Program-made: the position numbers and the translations under genes
Assembly (NCBI GenBank): GCA_963834915.1
Contig: CAWIDI010000006.1
Span: forward strand, 11,272-75,271
Length of the DNA: 64,000 bases
Direction: 5' to 3'
Source: an uncultured Chloroflexia bacterium
GTDB taxonomy: Bacteria > Chloroflexota > Limnocylindria > Limnocylindrales > CSP1-4
The notes under the pieces: model-generated
Seen by the model: the letters and a program-made list of their open reading frames with translations, nothing else
What the model was told of the DNA's origin: nothing
Databases searched by the model: none
In this document: piece by piece, positions 9,194-17,868 of the stretch
How positions within the stretch are numbered: position 1 is the stretch's first letter
How the letters are laid out: each line of letters begins with the position of its first letter

Positions 9194-9715
9194 GTGGTGC
9201 CGAACAAGACGATCTACGTCTCCGATGGAGACCTCCCCCTCTACCAGCGCGCCCAGGAGCTCGCCGGCGACAACCTCTCGGCGGCCATCGCCTCGGCCCT
9301 TCGTCGCTACGTCGACGTCGAGGAGGGCCGTCGCGAGGGCTTCGACGAGTTCATCGTCCGGGTCGGGCCCGGCAAGGGCCGCAAGGTCCGCTTCACCGGG
9401 GTCCTCCTCGGCGAGTGGGTCAACACCTCGTACAGCCGCGTCGAGTCCTTCCGCGTCTACCGCAGCCGGACGGGCAAGTACGTCCTGCACATCGAGCGCA
9501 GCCCCGATTTCTCGGTGCTCAACGCCGAGGGCAAGCCGGCCGGCTGGCGCGGCTACCTGGGGATCGGCGACATCAGCTACGGCAACGTCCCGGGCGAATC
9601 GACGCTCGAGGTCGTCGAGTCGCTCGACGAGCTCCGCGACCGCATCCCGCCGCAGCTCTTCGACAGCGTGGCCAGCTTCGCCAAGCAGCCGCCCGTGGAA
9701 GACCTCGACATCTGA
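9194..9715 (+). CDS. EXLDI family protein (TIGR04342-like) with an RHH-like N-terminus
   Basis: VVPNKTIYVSDGDLPLYQRAQELAGDNLSAAIASALRRYV...; the C-terminus ends ..QPPVEDLDI*. It lies in the frame of ORF 8627..9715. The start is GTG 9194 or 9197, after GGAG at 9180-9183. Confidence 0.75.
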   Translation: MVPNKTIYVSDGDLPLYQRAQELAGDNLSAAIASALRRYVDVEEGRREGFDEFIVRVGPGKGRKVRFTGVLLGEWVNTSYSRVESFRVYRSRTGKYVLHIERSPDFSVLNAEGKPAGWRGYLGIGDISYGNVPGESTLEVVESLDELRDRIPPQLFDSVASFAKQPPVEDLDI

Positions 9716-9748
9716 TCCCCGCCGCGCCGAGCGGCGCGGAGGTGCGGC

Positions 9749-10709
9749 ATGACCGCCGTCGAGCCCCGGGTCGCGATCCACGCGGCCGGGCTGCGCAAGT
9801 CCTACGGGACGCTGGTCGTCCTCGACGGCATCGACCTCGATGTCGCCGAGGGAACGGTCTTCGCCCTCCTCGGCCCGAACGGTGCCGGCAAGACGACCAT
9901 GGTCCGGATCCTCTCCACCCTGATCGCCGCGGACGGCGGCGAGGTCCGCATCGCCGGCCATGACATCGCCCGCGAGTCCGACGCGGTCCGCGGCCTCATC
10001 GGCGTCACCGGCCAGTTCTCCGCGGTCGACGGGCTCTTCACCGGCGAGGAGAACCTGCGGCTGATGGCCGACCTGCGCCACCTCGGCAAGGTGGAGGGCC
10101 GCCGGCGCGTGGACGAGCTCCTGGAGCGGTTCGACCTGGTCGACGCCGCGAAGAAGCCGGTCAACACCTACTCGGGCGGCATGCGCCGCCGGCTGGACCT
10201 CGCCATGACCCTCATCGGCGACCCGCGGATCATCTTCCTCGACGAGCCGACCGCGGGCCTCGACCCGCGCAGCCGGCGCGGCATGTGGCAGACGATCCAG
10301 GAGCTCGTCGCGGGCGGCGTCACGATCTTCCTGACGACGCAATACCTCGAGGAGGCGGACCGCCTCGCCGACCGGATCGGCGTCCTGGACCACGGCGTCC
10401 TCGTCGCCGAGGGGACGCCCGACGAGCTCAAGCGGCTCGTTCCGGGCGGCCACATCCAGCTGTCGTTCGCCGACAGCGTGCGCGCTCGATCGAGCGGCGG
10501 CGGCCTTCGCGGGCGCCGCCCGCGACGACGAGGCGCTCACGCTCCAGGTCCCGAGCGACGGCGGCGTCGGCTCGCTGCGGGCGATCCTCGACCGCCTCGA
10601 CGCCGCGTCGATCGACGTCGGTGAGCTGTCGCTCCAGACCCCCGACCTCGACGACGTCTTCCTGTCGCTCACCGGCGACCACGACTCGCGAAAGGTGACC
10701 ACCGCATGA
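9749..10709 (+). CDS. ABC transporter ATP-binding protein, DrrA-like (1 apparent frameshift near 10480)
   Basis: Walker A LLGPNGAGKTT, signature YSGGMRRRL, Walker B IIFLDEPTAGLD. After ..HIQLSFADS the true frame gives ALDRAAAAFAG...LSLQTPDLDDVFLSLTG..*, with TGA at 10707-10709. Confidence 0.85.
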
Positions 10710-10745
10710 CTGCCTACCCGCTCGCCCTCGACCGATTCGGCGACC

Positions 10746-11501
10746 ATGCTCCGGCGCAACCTCCGGCGGATGCGCCGCTACCCCTCGCTGACGATCTTCA
10801 TCGCCGGCATCCCGGTCGTGCTCCTGCTGCTGTTCGTGTACGTGCTCGGGGGCACGCTCGGGGCCGGTCTGGGCCTCCCCGCCGGCGGCGGGCGCGACGA
10901 CTACATCGCGTACGTCGTGCCGGGGATCCTGCTGATCACGGTGGCCGGCGCGGCGCAGGGCACCGCGATCTCGATCGCGATGGACATGACCGAGGGGATC
11001 ATCTCCAGGTTCCGGACCATGGACATCGCCCGCAGCTCCGTGCTCACCGGCCACGTGGTCGGGAGCGTCATCCAGACGATGCTGGCCATCGCCATCGTCA
11101 TGGTCGTCGCGGTGCTGATCGGGTTCCGCTCCACCACGGGTCCCGCGGAATGGCTTGCGGCGACCGGACTGCTGGCCCTGACGGCGTTCGCGATCTCGTG
11201 GCTGTCGATGGGCCTCGGCCTGTCGGCCGGGAGCGTCGAGACCGCCAGCAACACCCCGATGTTCCTGATCCTCCTGCCGTTGCTGAGCAGCGGCTTCGTC
11301 CCGACGGATTCGATGCCCGGCCCGCTCGGCTGGTTCGCCGAGCACCAGCCGTTCACGCCGCTGATCGAGACCGTCCGCGGGCTGCTGCTCGGGACGCCGA
11401 TCGGGGACAGCGGCATCGTCGCGGTCGCCTGGTGCGTCGGGATCGCAGCGGTGAGCTATGTCTGGGCGCGCCGGCTGTACGACCGCGAGCCCAAGGCCTA
11501 G
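10746..11501 (+). CDS. ABC-2 type transporter permease (DrrB-like)
   Basis: Intact 251-aa ORF with 6 hydrophobic segments, MLRRNLRRMRRYPSLTIFIAGIPVVLLLLF..., directly after the ATPase. Confidence 0.85.
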   Translation: MLRRNLRRMRRYPSLTIFIAGIPVVLLLLFVYVLGGTLGAGLGLPAGGGRDDYIAYVVPGILLITVAGAAQGTAISIAMDMTEGIISRFRTMDIARSSVLTGHVVGSVIQTMLAIAIVMVVAVLIGFRSTTGPAEWLAATGLLALTAFAISWLSMGLGLSAGSVETASNTPMFLILLPLLSSGFVPTDSMPGPLGWFAEHQPFTPLIETVRGLLLGTPIGDSGIVAVAWCVGIAAVSYVWARRLYDREPKA

Positions 11502-11569
11502 CGCAAGACGGCGGGCGGCGGTGCCCACGGGGGCACGCGGGTGCGCGACACTGACCACGTGCGGTTCGC

Positions 11570-12835
11570 ATGCTGATCGTCGGCGTCTTCGCGGCAACCC
11601 TCCTGGGTTACGCGCTGGTCTCCAGGTCGCTGGGCGCATGGAGCGTGACCCCCCAGATCGCCAGCCTGGCGGTCGGGCTGCTCATCGGCCTCGTCTCGAC
11701 CGAGATCACCGCGGGTGACGTCGTCAGCGGGCAGCTCCGCCTGGTCGGCGAGATCGCGCTCGTCCTGTGCCTGTTCACGGACGCCTCGCGCATCGATATC
11801 CGCTCCATCCGCGGGACCGCCAACCTGCCCGGGCGGCTCCTGCTCGTTGGCCTGCCGCTGACGATCGCCCTGGGCGTGGCGCTCGCCCTGGTCGTCGTGC
11901 CGGGGATCGGCCTGGCGGCGGCGTTCCTGCTCGCCGTGCTCCTGGCCCCGACCGATGCCGGGCTGGGCGCGGCCGTGGTCAACGACCGCCGGATCCCCGT
12001 CCGGATCCGCCAGGCGATCAACGTGGAATCCGGCCTCAACGACGGCCTCGTGACGCCGCTGGTGCTGTTCGCGGTCGCGATCGAGGAGACGGAGTCGGGC
12101 GGCGACGCTACGCACTGGCTTCGGTTCGCGGCCTCGGAGATCGGGGTCGGGGTCCTCGTTGGGATCGCGATCGGTGTCCTGGGCGCGCGGCTCGTGCGCT
12201 GGGCGAGGGACAGAGGACCACCTGGCGCCATCGTTCCGCTGGGCGGCCGCGCCGGCGCTCGCGGTCCTCGCCTGGGCGATCACGCCGATCCTCGGGGGAA
12301 CGCGTTCATCGCGGCATTCGTGGCCGGCATGGCGGCGACGGCCGCGGGCGGGCGGCTGCCGGACGCGTTCACGGAATTCGGCGAGACGGCCGGCGAGGTG
12401 GCTGGCCTCGCCGTCTTCTTCCTGTTCGGGGCACTCGTGCCGCTGCTCGACGGGTACTCGCTGCCGATCGTCCTGTACGCGCTGCTGTCGCTGACCGTGA
12501 TCCGCATGCTCCCGGTGGCGATCGCCCTGCTCCGCACGCGGCTATCGATCCCGACGATCGCATTCATCGGGTGGTTCGGCCCGCGCGGGCTGGCGTCGAT
12601 CGTGCTCGCCCTCCTCGCGCTGGGCGACGCGCGCTCGCCGCACCTGGCGCCGGGCGTGGCGGCAGCGGTCGCGACGACCGTCCTGCTGAGCATCGTGCTC
12701 CACGGCCTGTCGGCCGGCCCGCTGGTGCGGCGCTACGCGCGGTTCACGGAAGGGCTTCCGGCCTCGTCACCAGAGCTCGACGATACGCCCGAGCTGGCGA
12801 CGCGTCGGACGTCCAGCCACCCGACTAGCGGCTGA
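11570..12835 (+). CDS. Cation:proton (Na+/H+) antiporter, CPA1-like (a compensated frameshift pair at about 12210 and 12296)
   Basis: Motifs APTDAGL, INVESGLNDGL and FGPRGLASIVLAL. Residues from 12210 to 12296 read better in the frame of ORF 12159..12494 (HLAPSFRWAAAPALAVLAWAITPILGG). Confidence 0.85.
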   Translation: MLIVGVFAATLLGYALVSRSLGAWSVTPQIASLAVGLLIGLVSTEITAGDVVSGQLRLVGEIALVLCLFTDASRIDIRSIRGTANLPGRLLLVGLPLTIALGVALALVVVPGIGLAAAFLLAVLLAPTDAGLGAAVVNDRRIPVRIRQAINVESGLNDGLVTPLVLFAVAIEETESGGDATHWLRFAASEIGVGVLVGIAIGVLGARLVRWARDRGPPGAIVPLGGRAGARGPRLGDHADPRGNAFIAAFVAGMAATAAGGRLPDAFTEFGETAGEVAGLAVFFLFGALVPLLDGYSLPIVLYALLSLTVIRMLPVAIALLRTRLSIPTIAFIGWFGPRGLASIVLALLALGDARSPHLAPGVAAAVATTVLLSIVLHGLSAGPLVRRYARFTEGLPASSPELDDTPELATRRTSSHPTSG

Positions 12836-14327
12836 TCCATTCGGCGAGGACGCCGTGGCGGAGGCCGCGGTCGCTGACGGTCAGCGAGGTCTGCCCGAGC
12901 TTGTCCATGACCGTCCGGACGATGCAGGCGCCCGCAAGGATGACCTCGGCGCGCTTGGGCTGGAGGCCGACGATCCCGCGGCGCCCGTCGGCATCCAGGC
13001 CGCGGTAGCGCTCGATCTGGCGATCGAGCTCGGCTCGGTCCAGGACCGTGCCCTGGACCACGGACGGGTCGTAGACGGCCATCGCGTGCTTGACGGCGGT
13101 GATGTTCGTGATGGCACCGCCCATGCCGACGAGCGCATCGGGTCGCGGTCGGCCGTCGAGGCTCGAGAGCTCGGCCGCGATCGCCGCGATGGCCTCGTCC
13201 AGCACGGCCTGGGTCACGGCACCGGCCAGCCCGTAGCGCTCGGTGAATCGCACCGCGCCCACCGGCACGCTGTACTGCTCGTCGACGTGGCCGTCGTGGC
13301 CGAACGTGAACTGCGAGCTGCCGCCGCCGGTATCGAAGACGACGAGGCTCCCGCGGGTCGTCCCGAGTCCTGCCTCGACCGCCTGGTACGCGAGCCGTCC
13401 CTCCTCCTCGCCCGGGATCACCCGGATGGCGACACCGGTCCGCTCGCGGATCGCCGCCAGGACCGCCTCGCGGTTGCCGGCCGCGCGCAGCCCGGCCGTC
13501 CCGACGGCCGACGTCGCGGTGACGCCGAGCGCGGCCGCCTCGTCGGCCATGCCCTTGATCGCGACGACGGCCCGCTCGAGCGCCTCCGGGACGATCTCGC
13601 CGCCGGCGTCGATGCCCTGGCCGAGGCGAGTGACATCCGCCCGGTCGACGATGGTCTCGAGCCGCCCGTCCGCCTCGAGCTCGCCGACGTGGAACTTGAT
13701 CGAGTTGGTCCCGACGTCGATGACGGCATACCGCTCGGGCCGGCCGTCCAGCAGCGCGGCGAGCCCGCGCGGGTAGTTGGTGTTGGCGTAGCCCCCCAGG
13801 CCCACGGACCGGACGGCTTCGACGACGGCCGCCGCGTCGGTCGATTCGATCGCGATGGTCCGCGCGGACCGGCCGTCCGCGACGACGTCGGAGACCTCCG
13901 CCGAGCAGCCGCCGACCGTGTAGCGGACGCGGTGCTTGTGGACGGCGACCGCGCGGACCCCGTTCGGGGCGGCGATCTCATCGAGGAACTGCGCCAGCGT
14001 GGTGCTGTCGCGGGCCGGCTCCGGCGGCCGCAGGCGGAGCGCCTCGCAGACCTTCGCGACATCCGCGGCTGCCATCGGGAAGCCGACCTTCAAGACCGGC
14101 TCCCAGCGCTCGAGCCCCGCGTCCGAGGTCTCGCGCAGCAGCTTGATATCCATGAGGTCGAAGCGGATCTTCACGATCGCGGCAGGCGCATCGGCGCCTT
14201 CGACCAGCAAGTAGGTCTCGTCGCTGTCGGCGGTGCCGGTCGAGGGCAGCGCCTCGATCGCGGTCGCCGCGTCCCCGAGGTGCCTCCCGAACGTGCGCCA
14301 CTCCCAGCGCGGGATGATGACGGCCAT
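12825..14327 (-). CDS. CYTH-like domain fused to a Ppx/GppA phosphatase
   Basis: Intact 500 aa. The N-terminal ~190 aa are CYTH-like (IIPRWEWRTFG..., KIRFDLMDIKLLR). The C-terminal part carries the Ppx/GppA motifs AVIDVGTNSIKFHV, VGTAGLRAAGN and VVFDTGGGSSQF. Confidence 0.8.
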   Translation of the reverse strand: MAVIIPRWEWRTFGRHLGDAATAIEALPSTGTADSDETYLLVEGADAPAAIVKIRFDLMDIKLLRETSDAGLERWEPVLKVGFPMAAADVAKVCEALRLRPPEPARDSTTLAQFLDEIAAPNGVRAVAVHKHRVRYTVGGCSAEVSDVVADGRSARTIAIESTDAAAVVEAVRSVGLGGYANTNYPRGLAALLDGRPERYAVIDVGTNSIKFHVGELEADGRLETIVDRADVTRLGQGIDAGGEIVPEALERAVVAIKGMADEAAALGVTATSAVGTAGLRAAGNREAVLAAIRERTGVAIRVIPGEEEGRLAYQAVEAGLGTTRGSLVVFDTGGGSSQFTFGHDGHVDEQYSVPVGAVRFTERYGLAGAVTQAVLDEAIAAIAAELSSLDGRPRPDALVGMGGAITNITAVKHAMAVYDPSVVQGTVLDRAELDRQIERYRGLDADGRRGIVGLQPKRAEVILAGACIVRTVMDKLGQTSLTVSDRGLRHGVLAEWISR

Positions 14328-14463
14328 CTGTCTGCCTCGATCCTTGCGGCCAGAATGGTGACGCGCGCGGCGGCCGGAGAAGGCATGCTAGCAGCGAGGA
14401 GGTCGGTGGAGGCTGGTCGCGTGCGCGATCACGGTCCCGGCGCATCCTCTTGGAGGGTCGGTC

Positions 14464-15246
14464 ATGGCCAGGAAGCCCGCCGCACCGAAGCCCCTGTCGG
14501 GCGAGCAGCTCATTGAGATCCTCAAGCTGCTCAAGGGCGCCGACTCGATCGAGCTGAAGCTCACGATCCCGGAGGGCGACCAGCGCTCGGCGATCCAGGC
14601 CCTCGGCATGGACCCGCTGGACGCGCAGATGCGCCAGATCGTGTTCTTCGACACGCCAGACCTCGCGCTGAACAAGGTCGGTCTGGTCGTCCGGGCGCGG
14701 CGCGTCCAGGGCAAGGGCGACGATTCGGTCGTGAAGCTCCGTCCGGTCGTGCCCGAGGAGCTGTCGGCGGAGCTGCGCAAGTCGCCCGACTTCGGCGTCG
14801 AGGTGGACGCCATGCCCGGCGGCTTCGTCTGCTCTGGTTCGTACAAGGCCTCGTGGGGGCCATCGGCGGTCAAGGACGTGCTGTTCGGCGAGCGTCCGAT
14901 CCGGAAGCTGTTCTCGAGCGGGCAGCGCGCGTTCTACGCGGCCCATGCCCCTGAGGGGGTCGGCCTGGACGACCTGGAGCCCCTGGGGCCGATCACGGCG
15001 CTCAAGCTGAAGTTCGTGCCGAAGGAGTTCACGCGTCCGATGGTGGCCGAGCTCTGGTTCTACCCCGACGGATCGCGCATCCTGGAGCTCTCGACCAAGG
15101 CGCTGCCGAGCCTGGGGTTCCAGGTCGCCGCGGAGGCGCGTGCGTTCCTGACCAGCAAGGGCATCGACGTGTCCGGCGAGCAGCAGACCAAGACCCGGAC
15201 CGCTCTCGAGTACTACAGCAAGATCAGCGCATCCAGCAAGTCGTGA
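14464..15246 (+). CDS. CYTH-like (triphosphate tunnel / class IV adenylate cyclase-like) protein
   Basis: Intact 260 aa with SIELKLTIPEGD..., LVVRARRVQGKGDDSVVKLRP and ELWFYPDGSRILELSTK. RBS is GGAGGG. It is divergent from the CYTH-Ppx gene. Confidence 0.6.
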   Translation: MARKPAAPKPLSGEQLIEILKLLKGADSIELKLTIPEGDQRSAIQALGMDPLDAQMRQIVFFDTPDLALNKVGLVVRARRVQGKGDDSVVKLRPVVPEELSAELRKSPDFGVEVDAMPGGFVCSGSYKASWGPSAVKDVLFGERPIRKLFSSGQRAFYAAHAPEGVGLDDLEPLGPITALKLKFVPKEFTRPMVAELWFYPDGSRILELSTKALPSLGFQVAAEARAFLTSKGIDVSGEQQTKTRTALEYYSKISASSKS

Positions 15247-16896
15247 CGACGGACCGGGCCGGCGGCGGCCGGTGGTTCGCCATCCTCATCCTGGCGTCGG
15301 CCCAGTTCGTGATGGTGCTCGACAGCAGCGTCATGAACGTGGCGATCTCGCAGATCGTGGCCGACCTCGACACCACCATCCAGGGCGTCCAGCTGGCGAT
15401 CACCGCCGTACACCCTGGTGATGGCCGCATTCATGCTCGTCGGCGCCAAGATCGGGGACATCTGGGGACGCGACCGGGCGTTCGCCGTGGGCCTCGCGAT
15501 CTACGGCGTGGGCTCGCTGACGACGGCCTTCAGCCCGAATCTCGGGGTCCTGCTCATCGGCTGGTCGCTCATCGAGGGGCTCGGCGCGGTGCTGGTGATC
15601 CCCGCGATCGCCGCGCTGATCGCCACGAACTACGAGGGCAAGGACCGCGCGCTCGCGTACGGGATCATCGGCGGGATCGCCGCCGCCGCGGTCGCGGCCG
15701 GGCCGCTGATCGGTGGCTGGGTCACGACCGCGTTCACGTGGCGCCTGGTCTTCGCGGCCGAGACCGTGGTCGTCGTCGCCATCCTGCTCGTGCGTCGGCG
15801 GATGAAGGCCTCGCCGCGACCCGAGCGCCCGCCGAAGCTCGACCTGGTCGGGGCGGCCCTGTCCGCCTCGGGCCTCGCGCTCATCGTGTTCGGCGTGCTG
15901 CAGAGCAGCGCGTGGGGCTGGATCGAGCCGAAGGGCGCGCTGGCCATCGCCGGCCGCGAGATCACCCCACTCGGCATCTCGGTCGTGCCGTTCCTGATCC
16001 TGGGCGGCCTCGGGCTCCTGTGGGCCTTCGCGGATTGGGAGGAGCGCCAGGAACGGCTCGGTCGCGACTCCCTGCTGAAGCTGCCGATGCTCCGGATCCA
16101 GACCCTGCGCGCTGGCCTGTCGACGCTGTTCATGCTGCAGCTCGTCCTGCTCGGGACGTTCTTCGTCCTGCCGGTCTTCCTGCAGGTGGTCCTCGGCCTC
16201 GATGCGTTCGAGACCGGCGTCCGCCTCGTCCCGATGTCGGTCGCGATGCTGCTCTTCGCCATCGGCGGTCCACGGCTCGCGGCGCGGTTCTCCCCGAAAC
16301 GGGTCTCGCAGGCCGGGCTGGTCGGCCTCGCGATCGGCGCCGCGATCCTGGTCGGCACGGTCGACATCGAGTTGGCGCGCCTCGAGTTCGCGGTCGGCCT
16401 GGCGATCTTCGGCGCCGGTGCCGGACTCCTCGCCTCGCAGCTCGGCAACGTGATCATGTCGTCCGTGGACCCGTCGCAGACCAATGAGGCCGGCGGGCTG
16501 CAGGGGACGGCGCAGAACCTCGGCTCGTCGTTCGGCACCGCGCTGATCGGCGCGATCCTGCTGAGCGGCCTGACCGGGGCGTTCATCGACCGCGTCGTGA
16601 CCAATCCGGCGCTGCCGCCCGACGTCCGGACGGCGATCGCGGAGAAGGCTGCCGCCGAGGGGCTCCAGGTCGTGCCGGCCGCGGACGTGCAGGCCGCCGC
16701 GGTGGCGGCTGGACTGCCGGCCGACCAGGCCGCCGCGATCGCCAGCGATTACTCGGCCGCGCAGCTGGCGGGCCTGCGCAGCGCGTTGACCGCGGTCGCG
16801 ATCTTCGCGGTCCTCGGGCTGTGGTTCACGCGCAGGCTGCCCACCGGGCCGCCTGGTGGCGTGGCGCCTGAGGCGGCCGCGGGCGCCAGCGCCTGA
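15243..16896 (+). CDS. MFS transporter, DHA2 (EmrB/QacA) type, 14-TMS class (1 apparent frameshift near 15404)
   Basis: FAILILASAQFVMVLDSSVMNVAISQI...LAITA (ORF 15243..) continues as YTLVMAAFMLVGAKIGDIWGRDR (ORF 15418..16896). Confidence 0.85.
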
Positions 16897-16993
16897 GCGG
16901 TCGCGCGCCCGCCCATCAGCGTGCGTGCCGGCCGTCACGACGGCCCATTCGTGCACGCGGTCCCGGGTCCGAGTGACAAGCGGCCCCCTTTTC

Positions 16994-17004
16994 ATGTGAC
17001 ACAT
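16994..17004. promoter_or_regulatory. Small perfect palindrome upstream of doxX-MCO (candidate operator)
   Basis: ATGTG-A-CACAT lies about 100 nt upstream of ATG 17101. It is a single occurrence. Confidence 0.2.
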
Positions 17005-17100
17005 CGCCGTATCGACCGCATCGGCTGAACCGCCAACCTCCCGACATCAGTCCTGAGGGACTCGGCCCATCGGCCGGAACGGGAGAAGGAGGCATTCGAG

Positions 17101-17868
17101 ATGGCGACGATCCGTCGGTACGGGATCCCCTTGGGGATCATCGCGACCGCGCTATTGATCCTGTTGTTCAATCCATGGGTCCTGATCGACGAGGGTCCGC
17201 TCCGCCAGGCGATGACGGTCGGCTTCTGGATCTCCTTCATCGCGCTGCTCGTGGTCCTGTTCCAGGCCCGGAAGGACCCGGGCGCCGAGGACGTCCAGAT
17301 GGAAGGCCCGCGCTTCGCGCGATTCCTCTTCTACAACGCCCAGGCCGGGCTCTTCTGGCTGCCGATCCGCCTGTTCCTCGGGTTCGCGTGGCTCGAGGCC
17401 GGCTGGCACAAGCTCACCGGCGGCGGCTGGATCGACGGCGGCTCCGCGCTCGCCGGCTTCTGGCAGGCCGCGGCCAAGGTCCCCGAGGCGGGGCAGGGAC
17501 GCCCACCGATCTCCTACGACTGGTATCGCGACTTCATCAACTTCCTGATCACCGGGCACCACGAGACCTGGTTCGCGTGGCTCATCACGTTCGGTGAGCT
17601 CGCCATCGGCCTCGGCCTGCTGTTCGGCGCGCTGACCGGCGTCGCGGCCTTCTTCGGGGCGCTGATGAACATGTCGTTCCTGCTCGCCGGCTCGTCATCG
17701 ACCAACCCGGTCCTGTTCACCATGGCGGTCGGCCTGATCCTGGCCTGGCGCGTCGCCGGCTACTACGGCGTCGACCGCTACCTGCTTCCGGCGCTCGGTG
17801 CGCCGTGGCGGCCCGGAACGGTCTTCCACGGGGGAGGCACCCCCGCATCCTCGGCCAACCAGGCGTGA
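17101..17868 (+). CDS. DoxX/DoxD-like membrane protein
   Basis: Intact 255 aa. RBS GAAGGAGG. LFLGFAWLEAGWHKL and ELAIGLGLLFGALTGVAAFFGALMN are typical of the DoxX family. Confidence 0.7.
   Translation: MATIRRYGIPLGIIATALLILLFNPWVLIDEGPLRQAMTVGFWISFIALLVVLFQARKDPGAEDVQMEGPRFARFLFYNAQAGLFWLPIRLFLGFAWLEAGWHKLTGGGWIDGGSALAGFWQAAAKVPEAGQGRPPISYDWYRDFINFLITGHHETWFAWLITFGELAIGLGLLFGALTGVAAFFGALMNMSFLLAGSSSTNPVLFTMAVGLILAWRVAGYYGVDRYLLPALGAPWRPGTVFHGGGTPASSANQA

Noticed and set aside
9032-10759. Long antisense or out-of-frame ORFs. Examples are 9032..10759(-), 10428..11639(-), 12855..14516(+), 17778..19274(-), 22817..24568(-), 29381..31882(+), 36734..39031(+) and 49597..52350(-), among many others in the track.
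   Set aside because: They lie opposite or out of frame to genes with clear family motifs. Their products are Arg/Pro/Gly/Asp-rich with no recognisable motifs, which is the usual shadow-ORF effect in DNA of about 70% G+C.
16929-16945. GGCCGTC-ac-GACGGCC hairpin after the MFS gene, considered as a terminator.
   Set aside because: The loop is too small as drawn and there is no U-tract. It is too weak to list as a feature.
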